Source of the DNA: Squalus acanthias
Taxonomy: Eukaryota
Length of the DNA: 64,000 nt
Reading direction: 5' to 3'
NCBI GenBank assembly: GCA_030390025.1
Contig: JASTWF010000345.1
Location: 434,001 to 498,000 of the forward strand
The position numbers were made by a program, and so were the translations under genes. The notes under the pieces are model-generated. The model was not told where the DNA came from, did no database searches, and was given only the letters and a program-made list of their open reading frames with translations. Positions within the stretch are counted from its first letter, which is position 1. Each line of letters begins with the position of its first letter. This document shows, one piece after another, positions 1 through 12,919 of this stretch.

Positions 1-204
1 ATTCTCAGTGAACCACTGGGGAATCTAACTTCTACTGGTTATTGTATTACATCACTGTGCAGCTCACTGTATATTCTGTTCTGGCCATATAGTTTCCTAT
101 GGTTACTCCGCAATGCATGAATTTAATTGATTATTAACTTGGCTGCAGGGTGGAGTCCCTCAAAGCTGCTGAGAATTCTGACTGGACGGGACGAATGAAA
201 AACT

Positions 205-678
205 GCAAAGAAAGACAGACTTGCATTTATATAACACCTTTCACGATCACCAGACGTCTCAAAGTGCTTTACAGCCAATCCAATTAAGTACTTTTGAAGT
301 GGAGTCACTGTTGTAATGTGGGAAACGCGGCAGCCAATTTGCCAAGAGCAAACTCCCACAAACAGCAATGTGATAATGACCAGATAATCTGTTTTTGTTC
401 TGTTGGTTGAGAGATAAATATTGGCCGGGACACCGGGGATAACTCCCCTGCTCTTCTACGAAATAGTGCCATGGGATCTTTTACGTCCACCTGACAGAGC
501 AGACGGGGCCTCGGTTTAGTGTCTCATCTGAAAGACGGCACCTCCGACAGTGCAGGACTCCCTCAGCACTGCACTGGAGTGTCAGCCTAGATTTGGTGCT
601 CAAGTCCCTGGAGTGGGACTTGAACCCACAACCTTCTGACTCAGAGGCGAGTGTGCGACCAACTGAGCCACAGCTGAC
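205..678 (-). mobile_element. DeuSINE (SacSINE1/AmnSINE-like) tRNA-headed SINE, near full length
   Basis: Minus strand reads GTCAGCTGTGGCTCAGTTGG (A box)...GGTTCAAGTCC (B box), then a central Deu-like domain and an L2-like 3' tail. Closely matches the copy at 61442-61880. Confidence 0.85.
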
Positions 679-809
679 GCTGGAGATTCACAGACTGCTT
701 ACTGTTCACCACTGCAGCAGCCCTGACAGCAGCCACGGAAATCGGGCGGGGAAAGGCAAAGAAAATGGTGGCTGTTTTAGTACATATTTGAAACTTACTG
801 TTGACTTAT

Positions 810-1230
810 GTGCCACCTTGGCTCAGTTTGTAACATTCTTGCCTCAGAATCGGAAGTTTGCACGTTCAAGCCCCACTCCATATCTTGAGCACAAATTCTA
901 AATCGACACGCCGGTGCAGTAGAGAGCGAATGCTTCATTGTCACAGGTGCCATCCTTCGGATGGGATGTTAAACCGAGGCCCCATTCAGGTGGGGGTTAA
1001 AGATCACATGACACTATTCATAGTAGAGCAGGGTGCTCTTCTGGTATCCTGACCAACATTCCTCCCTCAAACAACATCACAAATATAGACTGACTAGTCA
1101 TTCATCTCACTGCTGCTTGTGAAAGCGGTGTACAAATGGGTTGCAGGATTTGCCTTCAACGTAATTCACTGTACATTTAGTGCTTTGGGATGTTTGCAAG
1201 ACACATGATGATGTGCTATATCAATTCATG
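810..1230 (+). mobile_element. DeuSINE-family SINE, older diverged copy
   Basis: TTGGCTCAGTTTG head and GTTCAAGCCCCACTCCA B box; colinear with the 205-678 copy in the opposite orientation. Confidence 0.75.
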
Positions 1231-1361
1231 AGTTTATTATTTTAAGATATACATTTAATATTAGGAGCTCATTCACAAGGTTTTACATTATTAGTTCAAA
1301 TACACAAACTATTGAGAAGCTCTGGGTGTGGCGTACACTCATGCTACTGGAAAGAAGCAAG

Positions 1362-1520
1362 GTGGAGAATTTGGCCTCGTGATCATTGGGATATATTTTG
1401 CTCCGTTTGCTAATATTACTGAAAAGGTTGGCATAAGTGTAAAGGATGCTAACTTTATCTTGTTAATAGGGCTGAATCGAGCAAAATGTACTGCATTGGG
1501 ACATTATTAAATTCTGCTAT
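1362..1520. mobile_element. Old foldback MITE-like element
   Basis: Imperfect nested inverted repeats: GAATTT...ATTTTGCTC / GAGCAAAATG...AAATTC. Confidence 0.4.
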
Positions 1521-2460
1521 CACAGAAGGTGTGTGGGCGTAAAAAAATATTTTTGATTTATGACTACTTCGGGAAGCATCTACATACATAGATCTGATTA
1601 TTGTTCTGGGAAATGTGACAACCGTACACTAACAAAAAGCTGCAAATGCAGAATATAGAATTAAATGGATCTAATTACAACTGTTTGCAGCCAGCATCTA
1701 GAGTGACTTTACTAATTGTAAAATAGCAGCTTCCAAGGCAAGAAAACTGCAACAAATCAGAGGCCATATCTCCTGCAATGGGGCAAATAAGGAGGGTATT
1801 AGCAACTAGGATGGGTAAAAGTAGGGCGAGAGTTCTATCCCCCTTCCCTGAAATCAATTAGGCAGATTGATATTCACCATGGAGCATTTTTGTCAGTTTG
1901 CTCCTTTGTTGTTTTCAGCGGTATGAAATCCTGTAATTGTGTTCCAGGAGGCAATCGCTGGATTTGGTATTCCATGATCCTTTTTTTCTGTAATTTGTTT
2001 AAATTTAAGCAAAAATATATGTATATATAAATGTATATATAAATGCAATTTTTTCTTTCTCTTGCACGTATAATCAAAGAAAATGTTAAATACAAGACAA
2101 GAAAATATACAAAATGATGGAGCACTCACTCCAGCTGGGAAGTTGGGATAGTGCAGGTTTCTCCACAGCTATCGACTACATCCCCGTGTGATCTTTGGAT
2201 AGTTATTGAGTGAAAATGAGTTCTTGTCATTTAGGTTCATGCTCAGAATCGATATAAACTGTTAACAGCCCTTGCTTTGCTTCTACGCAACGTATGTTTA
2301 TTTTTGTTTTAAAAATCCCCTGTATATGCCTTTGTAATGGAAACCAGTACTCTTTCATTTTTGATGCAGCTAATAGCATACATTCCAACAACAATATAGT
2401 AACAGAGTTACTCTCACAACCAGTACTAAATCATAAACTCAAATATCTATCATCTCGCTA

Positions 2461-3110
2461 TTGGCCTTTATTGCAAGGGGGATGGAGTATAAAAGTAGGG
2501 AAGTTTTGCTGCAAATGTACAAGGCGTTGGTGAGACCACACCTGGAGTACTGCGTACAGTTTTGGTCTCCTTATTTAAGGAAGGATATATTTGCATTGGA
2601 GGCAGTTCAGAGAAAGTTCACTAGGTTGATTCCTGAGTTGAAGGGGTTGTCTTATGAGGAAAGGTTGAGCAGGTTGGGCCTATACTCATTGGAGTTTAGA
2701 AGAATGAGAGGTGATCCTTTTGAAACATATAAGATTCTGAGGGGGCTTGACAGGGTAGATGCAGAGAGGATGTTTCCCCTCGTGGGGGAATCTAGAACTA
2801 GGGGGCATAGTTTCAGAATAAGGGGTCGCCCATTTAAAACGGAGATGAGGAGGAATTTCTTCTCTCAGAGGGTCGTGAATCTTTGGAATTCTCTACCCCA
2901 GAGAGCTGTGGAGGCTGAGTCATTGAATATATTCAAGGCAGAAATAGACAGATTTTTGAAAAACAGGGAAATCAAGGGTTATGGGGAGTGGGCAGGAAAG
3001 TGGAGTTGAGGCCAAGATCAGATCAGCCATGATCTTATTGAATGGCGGAGCAGGCTCGAGGGGCTGAATGGCCTATTCCTGCTCCTAGTTCTTATGTTCT
3101 TATGTTCTTA
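2461..3110 (+). mobile_element. 5'-truncated CR1 LINE 3' end (ORF2 C-terminus plus 3' UTR)
   Basis: ORF 2461-3009 contains LVRPHLEYCVQFWSP...LEFRRMRGD...FFSQRVVNLWNSLP, typical of the CR1 ORF2 C-terminus; (TTCTTATG)n tail. Confidence 0.95.
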
Positions 3111-4789
3111 ACTGTAGAAAGTTCATCTAAACATCCTTATTCATCAGTTTTAGATGCAAGTTGCCTTTTTTGACCTTTTATGAACTATAACCTCACTCTA
3201 GAAAACCAGTACAATTTCAAGTGCAATTGGTGCCCAGATTGCCGACTGCGCCCAAAACAGCAACTCTACCTTACTGTCTACATTATTAGTCAACAACACC
3301 TTCCATCTATAGAATCATCAGATTACCATAGGCAACAGGTAGAATGAGAGCTCATTAACATCTGCAATGAATACTATTTAATGCACTCTGCAGTAATTTT
3401 GGACTCAGTGCCTGCTAGCATGGTTATGTATACAGTACAGTGACTTGAGTTACTGCAGCTCTGTGAATAGCTACTATAACTAGAGATAAATCATCTTTGT
3501 GACGACACTTAAATTTGAGATACAGCCAGAAGAAAAAAACGAATGCCACTGCAAAAAGCAATTTTTTTCTTTTACAATCCTATTGTGATTCCTTTTGAAA
3601 TACAGACTGCCAAGTCAGAACAGAATAAATCAGCCTGAATTGGTGATTCTGGTTTGTTGAAAATTTAAAGCATAATGGAAAAGTTCTGGTATAAGCCTCA
3701 AGCATACCGTATAATCATTCGCAGTTTGATAGAGAAAGTAATGGATAGTCAGGGTGAATTACGTTTCTGTTTGTGGCCTTGATTTGGTTTTGGGTTCAGT
3801 CTCTTGTGTATTTATATGCCCCAAATCAACAAGAAATATGTTTAATTCACCAGTGACCATTATTTTTGTACAAAATGCTTTCTTTGCCTCAGTAAAAAAA
3901 AATCAGTAAGCGAGATAAATGCACAGATGAGATCATGATGATGATTAAAATAGGAGTGTGTTCTCAGAGTTACAACATTACAATTGGATGAGAGAGGTGG
4001 ATAATTATAAGAGAAATCTGCATTTGATATGAGAAAGTGCATGACCTTGATAAGATTTTCAGTGACTACAGCAATAGAAATTAACTTTAATATATTAACA
4101 CTTTGTTGGATTGTTAATGTTCAAGCATCACAAGAATTGGTACAAGTAGTCGATCTGTTCGGATTGGTTGGGGTGGTACCACCCCACCTCTGGCAGATAC
4201 AGCGAAGTCCCACAAAAATGTTCCAGTGTCCTGGGTGGTTGCTAGGCCCACTCTTTTTTTTTTAAACAACCTATCCCGCTCCCTCTTCTAATCACTCTCA
4301 AATTTACCTTTTCACTCCCCCACTCTCTCACATTGCCTTTTGGTTTCTCAACTCTTCCTTCAATTTTCTCCCCTGTTCAAGTTTATAAGAGGGCTACTCG
4401 ATTTGAGGATACTATGGTGAAATGTGGCTCTGCGATGTGACCAGTTTATCATTAGGGATCTGAACTCAATGGTTTCCCTTTGGGTAACTGCGTCATCAGA
4501 TGAAAATCTTGGCATAGTTACAATGCCAGTCTTGCCTGGATGACAGTCCTTCTTGTGCTGCTATGTCCATGGGTTGGATTACTACTGAGGTATTCAATAG
4601 GCCGCATAGCATATAATGTCAGATCTAACAGCCTCCTCTTATGTTACAGTAGTCCTTTTTTCCCCATTCCCCTATTGTCATCATGAATTATATTTATATA
4701 TAACTTACAGCATACTACAGCTCTGAGCTTCTGTACCTGCTGCTTTCTCTTCATTGTGCACTCCACAACATCATGGCACCTTGATTTTA

Positions 4790-5100
4790 TCCATTCCAAT
4801 CTCTAGTCATCCTTTATTTCGAAGTAACTAGAACTGGATACAGTATGTAAGGTATACTCTGACCAGCGCAACATACAGTTAGACGATGACTTCCTCTGAC
4901 TTGTATTCCACTGTTGCCTATATAGTTCAACATTCTGTTGGCTTTGTTGATTTCTGCCCTGCATTTGTTGGACATATTGGTTGAGTCTACGAAGACTCCA
5001 AGGTCTCTTTCACATCACCCATTTTTCCTTCCTATGTGAAGTACTTTACATTTGTCTGCATTAAATTTCATCTGCCATCATTCGGCCCACTCACACATCT
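4790..5100 (-). mobile_element. Old degraded CR1 fragment
   Basis: Minus-strand similarity to the CR1 WQMKFNADKCKV region (CATTTGTCTGCATTAAATTTCATCTGCCA on +). Confidence 0.65.
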
Positions 5101-5749
5101 CCATTTACATATGACGGACACAGGTGTTTGCAATAGCATGTTTGCTTCAGACTTGCATTTCTATTCTCTGTGAAATGGCTTTGTAAAAGGAAAGTGGACA
5201 AAGAGATAATTGCTCATTAGTTTCTTCACATCAGGGGTACTTTTTTTGTTGTTGCTGTAGCCAGTATCTAATTGCTGTTGTTGTACAGACCACTTTTAAT
5301 GTCAGGTTAAACATATCCCCATCTGCAAATGTCAGGACACAACAGGGAGGTTCTTTATAACCAATCAGGTTGTATAGTCACATGGAATCATCAAAGATAT
5401 ACAAGATAGGCAACTGATATGCTAGCACAGCCAAAGAACATTGGTTTTGATGAGTATTGCAGATATTTTGAGGTTAAAATGCATGTGAAATTGGCAGCTG
5501 CAGAACTTTCAGATTTGGTTCAGGTTTCTACAAAGGGTGTATACATCAGTGGAATTTAATTAATACCAGACGAGTGGGTTGAGGAGCAGTGGTTTAATTG
5601 TAATGCTATATTTTTTGTATGATTCACTCTTGGAACTATTTCTGAATGTCAGTGCAACACTATTTATAATTGCCAAGTCCCCCTCTTATTTATGACTCTT
5701 TAGATCAGCAACAGAGAATATAGTGAGACAACCTTTACTCTCCACACTA

Positions 5750-6950
5750 TTGTTCAACAACAACTTATTAGTGTAGAAACATGTCCCATGTCGCTTCACA
5801 GAGTTGTAACAATAAAAATGGATGCTGAGCCAAAGCAGGAGATATTAAGAGGCATGACCAAAAGCTTGGTCAATGGAGTGGGTTTGAAGGAGGGTCTTAA
5901 AAGGAGAAAGGGAAGTGCCCGGCGGATGCCCACAAAACCCTTACGCCTGGTAAAAGCAGGCGTAAGGCCTCTTTTACCAGCGTAAGGGTTAAAATAATTT
6001 TTTTTAAATGATTTAAACATTCACATACATTTAAAATTAGTTTAGGTAAATTTTGGCCCATTTAAAAATGTTTAAATCTATTTTTTAAAAATTCAATTTT
6101 AATTTTAAATGCTTAAAGGGTCTTTTAATTTATTTTTAAATGGGAACATTTATTTTAATTTAAGTGGTGTGAATTCTTATTTATTTGGGGATTTCTAATA
6201 TGCTTATGGGGATTCTGTACATAAATGGAATCCCCTTTTTTGATTGGTTGGCCTGGCCCAGGAGATCCCAGGGACGCTTGCGAACCGCATGCGCCCCCTG
6301 GGATCCGTGGGCCTTTACACAGGCGTACGCCTGCAGGCCCAGGTCCTGAAGAGTCCGAAGCTCTGGAGATACCAGGTAAGTTCGAATTTTTTTTTCCCTG
6401 TTGGAGGCGTATTCTTCTGGTATGCCTCCGACCGCAAATTCAGGGCCAATGTTTTCAGTCTTTCCAATATTTAGCTGGCGGAAATTGTGGGTCATCAAAG
6501 GATGGATGTTGGTTGAAATAATCTAACAGCACAGATACAGTGGAAGGCTCGAGACACGTGGTGGAGACATAGAGATGTGTGTCATTAGCGTACATGACAG
6601 CAGATAATGCCATCAAGGGGCAACATGAAGATTGTTAGAGGTCAAGGATGGATCCTTAGGGAACTCTTGCAGTGCTGGTGCAAGGGTGAGAAGGGAAGGC
6701 ATTGTGCAGATGCTCTAGCTACAGTTGAATAGGTAGGAGTGAAAGCAAATGATTGCAGTCCCACCGAGCTGGAAAACAGGAAAGCAGTATTGGAAGCAGG
6801 ATTGTGGGGTCAACTTTGTCAAAGGCTGCAGAGAAGTCAAGAAGGGGTATAATCCTGATTGGTGAGATTCAAACAAGGAGCTGCAGGAGAGGTGGGAATG
6901 GACCTGGGATACAACATGTTCAGGACTTGGGAAAAGAAAGGGAGGTTGGA
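5750..6950 (-). mobile_element. L2 LINE remnant (3' end 5750-5915; RT part 6448-6950) interrupted by a MITE
   Basis: CAACAACAACTT tail on +; minus strand gives a MYANDT (YADD-like) RT motif near 6580-6595. Confidence 0.7.
5916..6447. mobile_element. Harbinger-type MITE, left end truncated
   Basis: Right terminus GACCGCAAATTCAGGGCC|AAT matches the TIR family at 18247/19020; repeated CAGGCGTA/TACGCCTG palindromic motifs. Confidence 0.7.
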
Positions 6951-8834
6951 TGCTCAAAAAAAGAACACAGTTTGGAACAACCTTTCAATTTTCTTTTAAA
7001 AAAAAGTATTAGCTATATCAATCTAAATTCTATCATGATAAACAGTGAACGTCACAGGACAAGGAGAATCCGAATGAAAACTATCCCTAATTACTGGCAT
7101 ATTTCACAACTTTAAAAAAACATTTATGTTCCCAACATTTCCTCTCCTTCGCCCTCTATTTTAAATTTTCCTCTTTCCAGTTTTTTTGCACCAAGACCAA
7201 GATTTTTTGGGTGGCTGTCTTCCATTTCCACCTTCCAATCCTGACTTCCAGATCCTGCATGCTTTCTTCCCAATATCTTTTCAACCTCTTTGACTCCCTA
7301 GACTGTCTTCTGAATCCATGGTACTTTTCACAAGTTCTTCACTCTACTTTTGGTGCAGAGTAAGCACTGTTTTCCTCCGTCTGTTTGAATTCAGTCGGTT
7401 CAATGGAATAGGAAACTTGTGATCTCACTGCTGTTCCCTCATTTAGCATTCAGTGAGGAAGCAGTCGTGAGAATAGGCATTTTCTATGCTGCTGCACCTG
7501 CCAAATTCCAACAGATGAATACAGGCTAATTGGCCCACACCTTGACTGAGAGATGCAGGAAGGAGAATGAGAGACTGGTACTGGAAAGCACAATAGGAGG
7601 CTACTGCAGCAATGATTCCAGGCTGACTTGCACCAGGTGTAGAATATATGTACATGTAGCAAATGCAGGCAACTGAAAGAAGTAAGAAACTGGCATTCAG
7701 AGAATAGGAACAAAAATGTTGATGGATCGAAATCTCAACATATGAAAGTTTTCACCAGTTCTCTTAGACTTCCATATATCAAACTATCACCTCATCTTTA
7801 CACTGACTGAGGTCGGTCATTACTTCTTGCTAAATGTTATGCTTTAAAACACAGGTCAATGAAAGCCTGGCAATAGAGATTCTGTATAGACTTCTTTCTA
7901 CATCAACTTATTGAATGGTGACCATGAGCAGTGTTCCCTGTGCAAGATGTTGCTAAACTGGAAACTGGTGACGTTGCTGAAATCTGAAATATCTGCAATT
8001 TTAAACTAGAATGAAGACTGGTGCCATTTGGACTACTTCCGAATACTGTTTGTTCATTCTCACCACAAATGCAAGCCTTAAGCAAGCCCAGGATTCCTAC
8101 GAACCGAAACTTGACCTTATGTTTTGAAGTATCTAGGATAGCATCAGAAATAATATGACTTACCCAGCATGTGCTCCAGTTTCCCAAACAGATGGGAGAA
8201 CAGCACGCTGCCAGACCACATAGCTCAGGCTAAAATGACTAATTCATTTTTAAAGAGTAAAGTTATACAGAAACAAGAATAAATTAGCAGACAAAAAGTA
8301 CTGTCCTTCACCATTACCTTAAAACTCTTCAAAACAAAATAAAGTTCTTTTGAGATGTTTTTAATGCAAGTGCAAACCATTAGACTTGCTGCTGCGAGCT
8401 AACCTCATGATGGCATTGCATAAAGTGAACTAAAGAACTAGGGAAAGTGTGCCATATTTATCCTCTGGTTCAAGCAGCTGCTGACTACAGAATAAAAACA
8501 CAATGGTCGGATACCACATTGATTGGCAGTAAAACCCTGCTTCTGCTTTAACCAGGAGATGTTAATTCTGACACACTAGCTAGCTTTAAAAACAAAGCTT
8601 ATTTGTGATGATTGTGCCATTAGGGATAATGATGGCACCTCCTCTTGCAGTGGGAACCTTATATATTTTAAACACATCACAAGCCTGAGGTGTCTGACAA
8701 ACTCTTCTGGACCTGGTGAGTGACTGTTTACAGAAAAAGACATTAACAAAAGGCAGACTGACCCTCCCTGCCCTTCGCTGTCAAACTCAGATTGTTTGTG
8801 TATTCTCTTCTACACAAAGACAATAGAAATCTAG

Positions 8835-10817
8835 AGCCCCCTGGATGTCAAGGGGCATACAGGGTAGGATAAGGCAAAAAGGGAAGCTTATGTCAGATAC
8901 CGAGAGCTAAGTACTGCAGAAAGCCTAGAGGAGTTTTGAAAGTGATGGGGGGGAAATAAAAAGGAAATTAGGAAAGCAAAGCGAGGGCATGAAAAATATT
9001 GGCAAGTAAAATCAAGGAAAACCCAAAGATGTTTTATAAATACATAAAGAGCAAGAGGATAACTAAGGAAAGAGTAGGGCCCATTAGAGACTAAAAAAGT
9101 AACCTGTGTGTGGAGGTGGAAGACGTGGCTATGGTCCTTTATGAATACTTTGCGTCTACAAAAGAGGGGGAAGATGCAGACATTGTAGTTAAGGAGAAGG
9201 AGTGTGAAATATTAGATGAGATAAACATAGTGAGAGGATATATTAAGATGTTTAGCATCTCAAAGTAGATAAATCGCCAGGCCCGGATGAAATGTATCCC
9301 AGGCTGTTAATAGAAGCAAGGGAGGAAAATAACAGAGGCTCTGACCATCATTTTCCAATCCTCTCTGGCTTCAGGCGTGGTGCCGGAGGACTGCTGACGT
9401 TGTACCATTGTTTAAAAAGGGAGCAAGGGATAGAACGAGTAATTACAGGCCAGTCAGCCTAGCCTCGGTGGTGGACAAATTATTGGAAAAAATTCTGAGG
9501 CACTGTATTAATTGTCATTTAGAAAGGCAGCCAGCATGGATTTGCTAAGGGAAGGTCGTGTCTGACTAACTTGATTGAATTTTTGAGGAGGCAACAAGGA
9601 GGGTCGATGAGGGTAGCGCGTTTGATGTAATCTACATGGATTTTAGCCAGGCTTTTGACTAGGTCCCACATGGCAGACTGGTCAGAATAGTAAAAGCCCA
9701 TGGGATCCAAGGGAAAGTGGCAAGTTGGATCCAAAATTGGCTCAGTGGCAGGAAGCAAAGGGTAATGGTCGATGGGTGTTTTTGTGACTGGAAGGCTGTT
9801 TCCAGAGGGGTTCCGCAGGGCTTAATACTAGGCCCCTTGCTTTTTGTGGTATATATCAATGATTTAGACTTCAATGTAGGGGGCATGATTAAGAAGTTTC
9901 CAGATGATACAAAAATTGGCCATGTGGTTGATAGTGAGGAAGAAAGCTGTAGATTGCAGGAAGATATCAATGGACTGGTCAAGTGGGCAGATAAGTGGCA
10001 AATGGAATTCAATCTGGAGAAGTGTGAGGTAATGCATTTGGGGAGGGCTAACAAGGCAAGGGAATACACAATAAATGGTCAGATACTGAGAGGTGTAGAG
10101 GAACACAGGGACTTTGGAGTGCATGTCCACAGATCCCTGAAGGCAGCAGGACAGGTAGATAAGGTGGTTAAGAAGGCATATGGGATGCTTTCCTTTATTA
10201 GCCGAGGCATAGAATATAAGAGCAGAGAGCTTATGCTTGAACTGTATAAAACACTAGTTAGGCAGCAGCTAGAATATTGCGTACAGTTATGGTCACCATA
10301 TTACAGGAAAAATGTGATTGCACTAGGGAGGGTACAGAGGAGATTTACGAGGATGTTGCCAGGATTGGAGAATTTTAGCTATGAGGAAAGATTGGATAGG
10401 CTGTGGTTGTTTTCTTTGGAACAGAGGAGGCTGAGGGGAGACTTAATTGAGGTGTATAAAATTATGAGGGGCCTAGATAGAGTAGATAGGAAGGACCTAT
10501 TTCCCTTAGCATAGAGGTCAATAACCAGTGGGGACAGATTTAAGTAATTGGTAGAAGGATTCGAGGGGAGTTAAGGAGAACTTCTTTCACCCAGAGGGTG
10601 GTGGGAGTCTGGAACTCTCTGCCTGAAAGGGTAGTAGAGGCAGAAACCCTCATCACATTTAAATATACTTTGATATTCACTTGAAGTGCCGTAACATACA
10701 TGGCTACGGACCAAAAGCTGGAAAGTGGGATTGGGCTGGATAGCTCTTTTTCGGCCGGCACAGACACGATGGGTCGAATGGTCTCCTTCTGTGCCATAAA
10801 TTTCTATGATTCTATGA
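8835..10817 (+). mobile_element. CR1 LINE, ~2 kb 5'-truncated, with pseudogenised RT
   Basis: NYRPVSL-like, GVPQG and FPDDTK (mutated FADD) RT motifs; ORF 9717-10514; stops and frameshifts upstream; (TTCTATGA)2 tail. Confidence 0.95.
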
Positions 10818-11305
10818 AATCTCTCCTCGTAAGCAGTTGCACTCCCTCTATGGCAAGTATATCCTTCCTTAGGTAAGGAGACCAAAACTGTACACACTAC
10901 TCCAGGTATAGTCTCACCAGGGCCCTATATAATTGCTGTAAGACATCTTTACTCTTATACTCAAATCCTCTTGTAATAAAGGCCAACATACCATTTGCTT
11001 TCTTAATTGTTTGCTGTACCTGCATGTTAACTTTCAGTGATTCGTGTACAAGGACACCCAGGTCCCTCTGAACACCAACATTTCCCACTCTCTCACCATT
11101 TAAAAAATACACTGCTTTTCTATTTTTCCTACCAAAGTGGATAACTTCACATTTCTCCACATTATATTCCATTTGCCATGTTCTTACCCACTCACTTAGT
11201 CTGTCTATATCCCCTTGAAGCCTCTTTGCATCCTCCTCACAACTTACATTCCCACCCAGCTTTGGATCAGCAGCAAACTTGGATATATTGTATTTGGTCC
11301 CCTCT
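10818..11305 (-). mobile_element. CR1 LINE internal fragment abutting the tail of the previous CR1
   Basis: ORF 10897-11328: SKFAADPKLGG...WQMEYNVEKCEVIHFG...LVRLYLE. Confidence 0.9.
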
Positions 11306-11384
11306 GTGGTGATGAAACAATGGGGCAATTTTGACTTTGTGCGACAGTGTAAAACAGATGATAGTGATAGTGAAAATGCAAGTA

Positions 11385-12240
11385 GATAAAGCCTTTAAAC
11401 ATCCCTCACCGACATCCCTGTCATTTTCATTGGCTCCACTTTTCAGTGTACCAACTTCAAAATCCTGTTCCTCATTTATAAAATCCCTCTGTGGTCTCAC
11501 CCAAGGGTATGATAGTGTAGTGGTTATGATACTGGACTAATAATTCAAAGGCCTGCACTAATAATCCAGAGAACGTGAGTTCAAATCCTATTATGGCAAT
11601 TTGAGAATTTGAATTCAGTTTAAAAAAATCTGGAACTAAAAAGCTGGTATCACTAAACGTGACCATGAAGCTGTTTGACGGTCATAAAAACCCAACGTCC
11701 TTTAGGGAGGGGAACCTGCTGTCCTTGCCTGGTCTGGCCTATATTTGACTCCAGACCCACATCAACATGGCCGACTCTTAACTGCCCTCTGAAGTGATCT
11801 AGCAGGCCACTCAGTTGTAACAAACCAGGGCAAGTAGAGATGGGCAATAAATGCAAGCCTTGCTAGCAGCATCCACATCCTGAGAATAAATATAAAAAAA
11901 CTTCCCTCTATTTCTGCAGCTTTTTCCAGCCTTATATCCTTACTTGCACCATCCACTCTGCTTACTTTGCATTCCCTCTTCTCTCCTCTCCACCATTGTT
12001 GGCAGAGCCTTTGGTCAGCGCACCACACTCTGGAACTCTCTCATTCAATCCCTCTGTCACACTAACCCGCAGGAACCTGGACTAATCATATCTTACTACA
12101 TCTCTGCCCACTTTCAAAAGCCTCCTTAAAGTGTACCTCTGTCAGCTCCCCCAATTCTTCTAGTCCTGCTCAGGTCTTACCTCGTTGTAAAGCACCGTGG
12201 GACATTTTGCTACACTAAAGGCATCATATAAACATAAGTT
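11385..12240 (+). mobile_element. Old L2 3' fragment split by a SINE insertion
   Basis: FKILFLIYK-like segment at 11456-11500 resumes at ~11901 and ends in an L2 tail (GTAAAGCACCGTGGGACATTTTGCTACACTAAAGGC). Confidence 0.7.
11505..11900 (+). mobile_element. tRNA-derived SINE (common shark family)
   Basis: TAGTGTAGTGG A box, GAGTTCAAATCC B box and GGGCAATAAATGC 3' region; a head fragment of the same family lies at ~48720-48790 (-). Confidence 0.75.
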
Positions 12241-12919
12241 TTTGGGCTAAGATACATTGTTGGGGCAGATGCTAATGCTAAGTGTTCCATTCCTCAGCAC
12301 CAATATCCTTTTCACAAAATACAACTGGCTTTCATGCAGATAGCAATATGCTCAAGTGTAAGGTACAGTCGAGTCAATTAACTAATTATTTAGACATACC
12401 TGTGTTGTAATACTGCGTAGGTATGGGATGACCTCATTTCCAATTAAAGAACAAGTCATCCCACGGAAGGGTGTGATTGTGGCAACATAAATGTAAGCTG
12501 ATTATGATCTGAATAATGTCGGTGTTTTAAAAGCATCATCCTCAAAAACATTTCTTTACATGAAAATTAGAAACTTATTTTCAGGCTTTTCCTTTTTAGC
12601 TGTTCTTCTTTGGTCTCCTGAAGGAGTGCTATGCTACAGGGCCTGGCAACCCCTTTAGTATCTCACTGAGTGGCTATTTTCATGTATTACTAGCTCTCAC
12701 TTTTAGCTATTAACTATGGAGGGCATCACATAGGAAAATACAGGATTAGTAAAGACTATACAATCCAGCTGGCCATTTCCAAAAACGAATACTTCTCAAA
12801 CACACATTCACTCAAATATCTTTTCAATTCTCTCATATTTTTCACACTGTCTCTACCCTCTCCCTGGAGAGTTCATTACAAACCTTCATCAACCTCTGTA
12901 CAAAGTAGGCAAATCTAAA

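Noticed and set aside
593..680. tRNA gene (also 43270-43349 and 11505-11600)
   Set aside because: A and B boxes belong to SINE heads that continue into SINE bodies; no proper cloverleaf or terminator.
2129..2200. Minus-strand exon ending at GTGAGT
   Set aside because: Poor acceptor and no recognisable peptide.
9717..10514. Functional reverse transcriptase CDS (265 aa)
   Set aside because: Fragment of a 5'-truncated CR1 with upstream stops and a mutated FADD motif.
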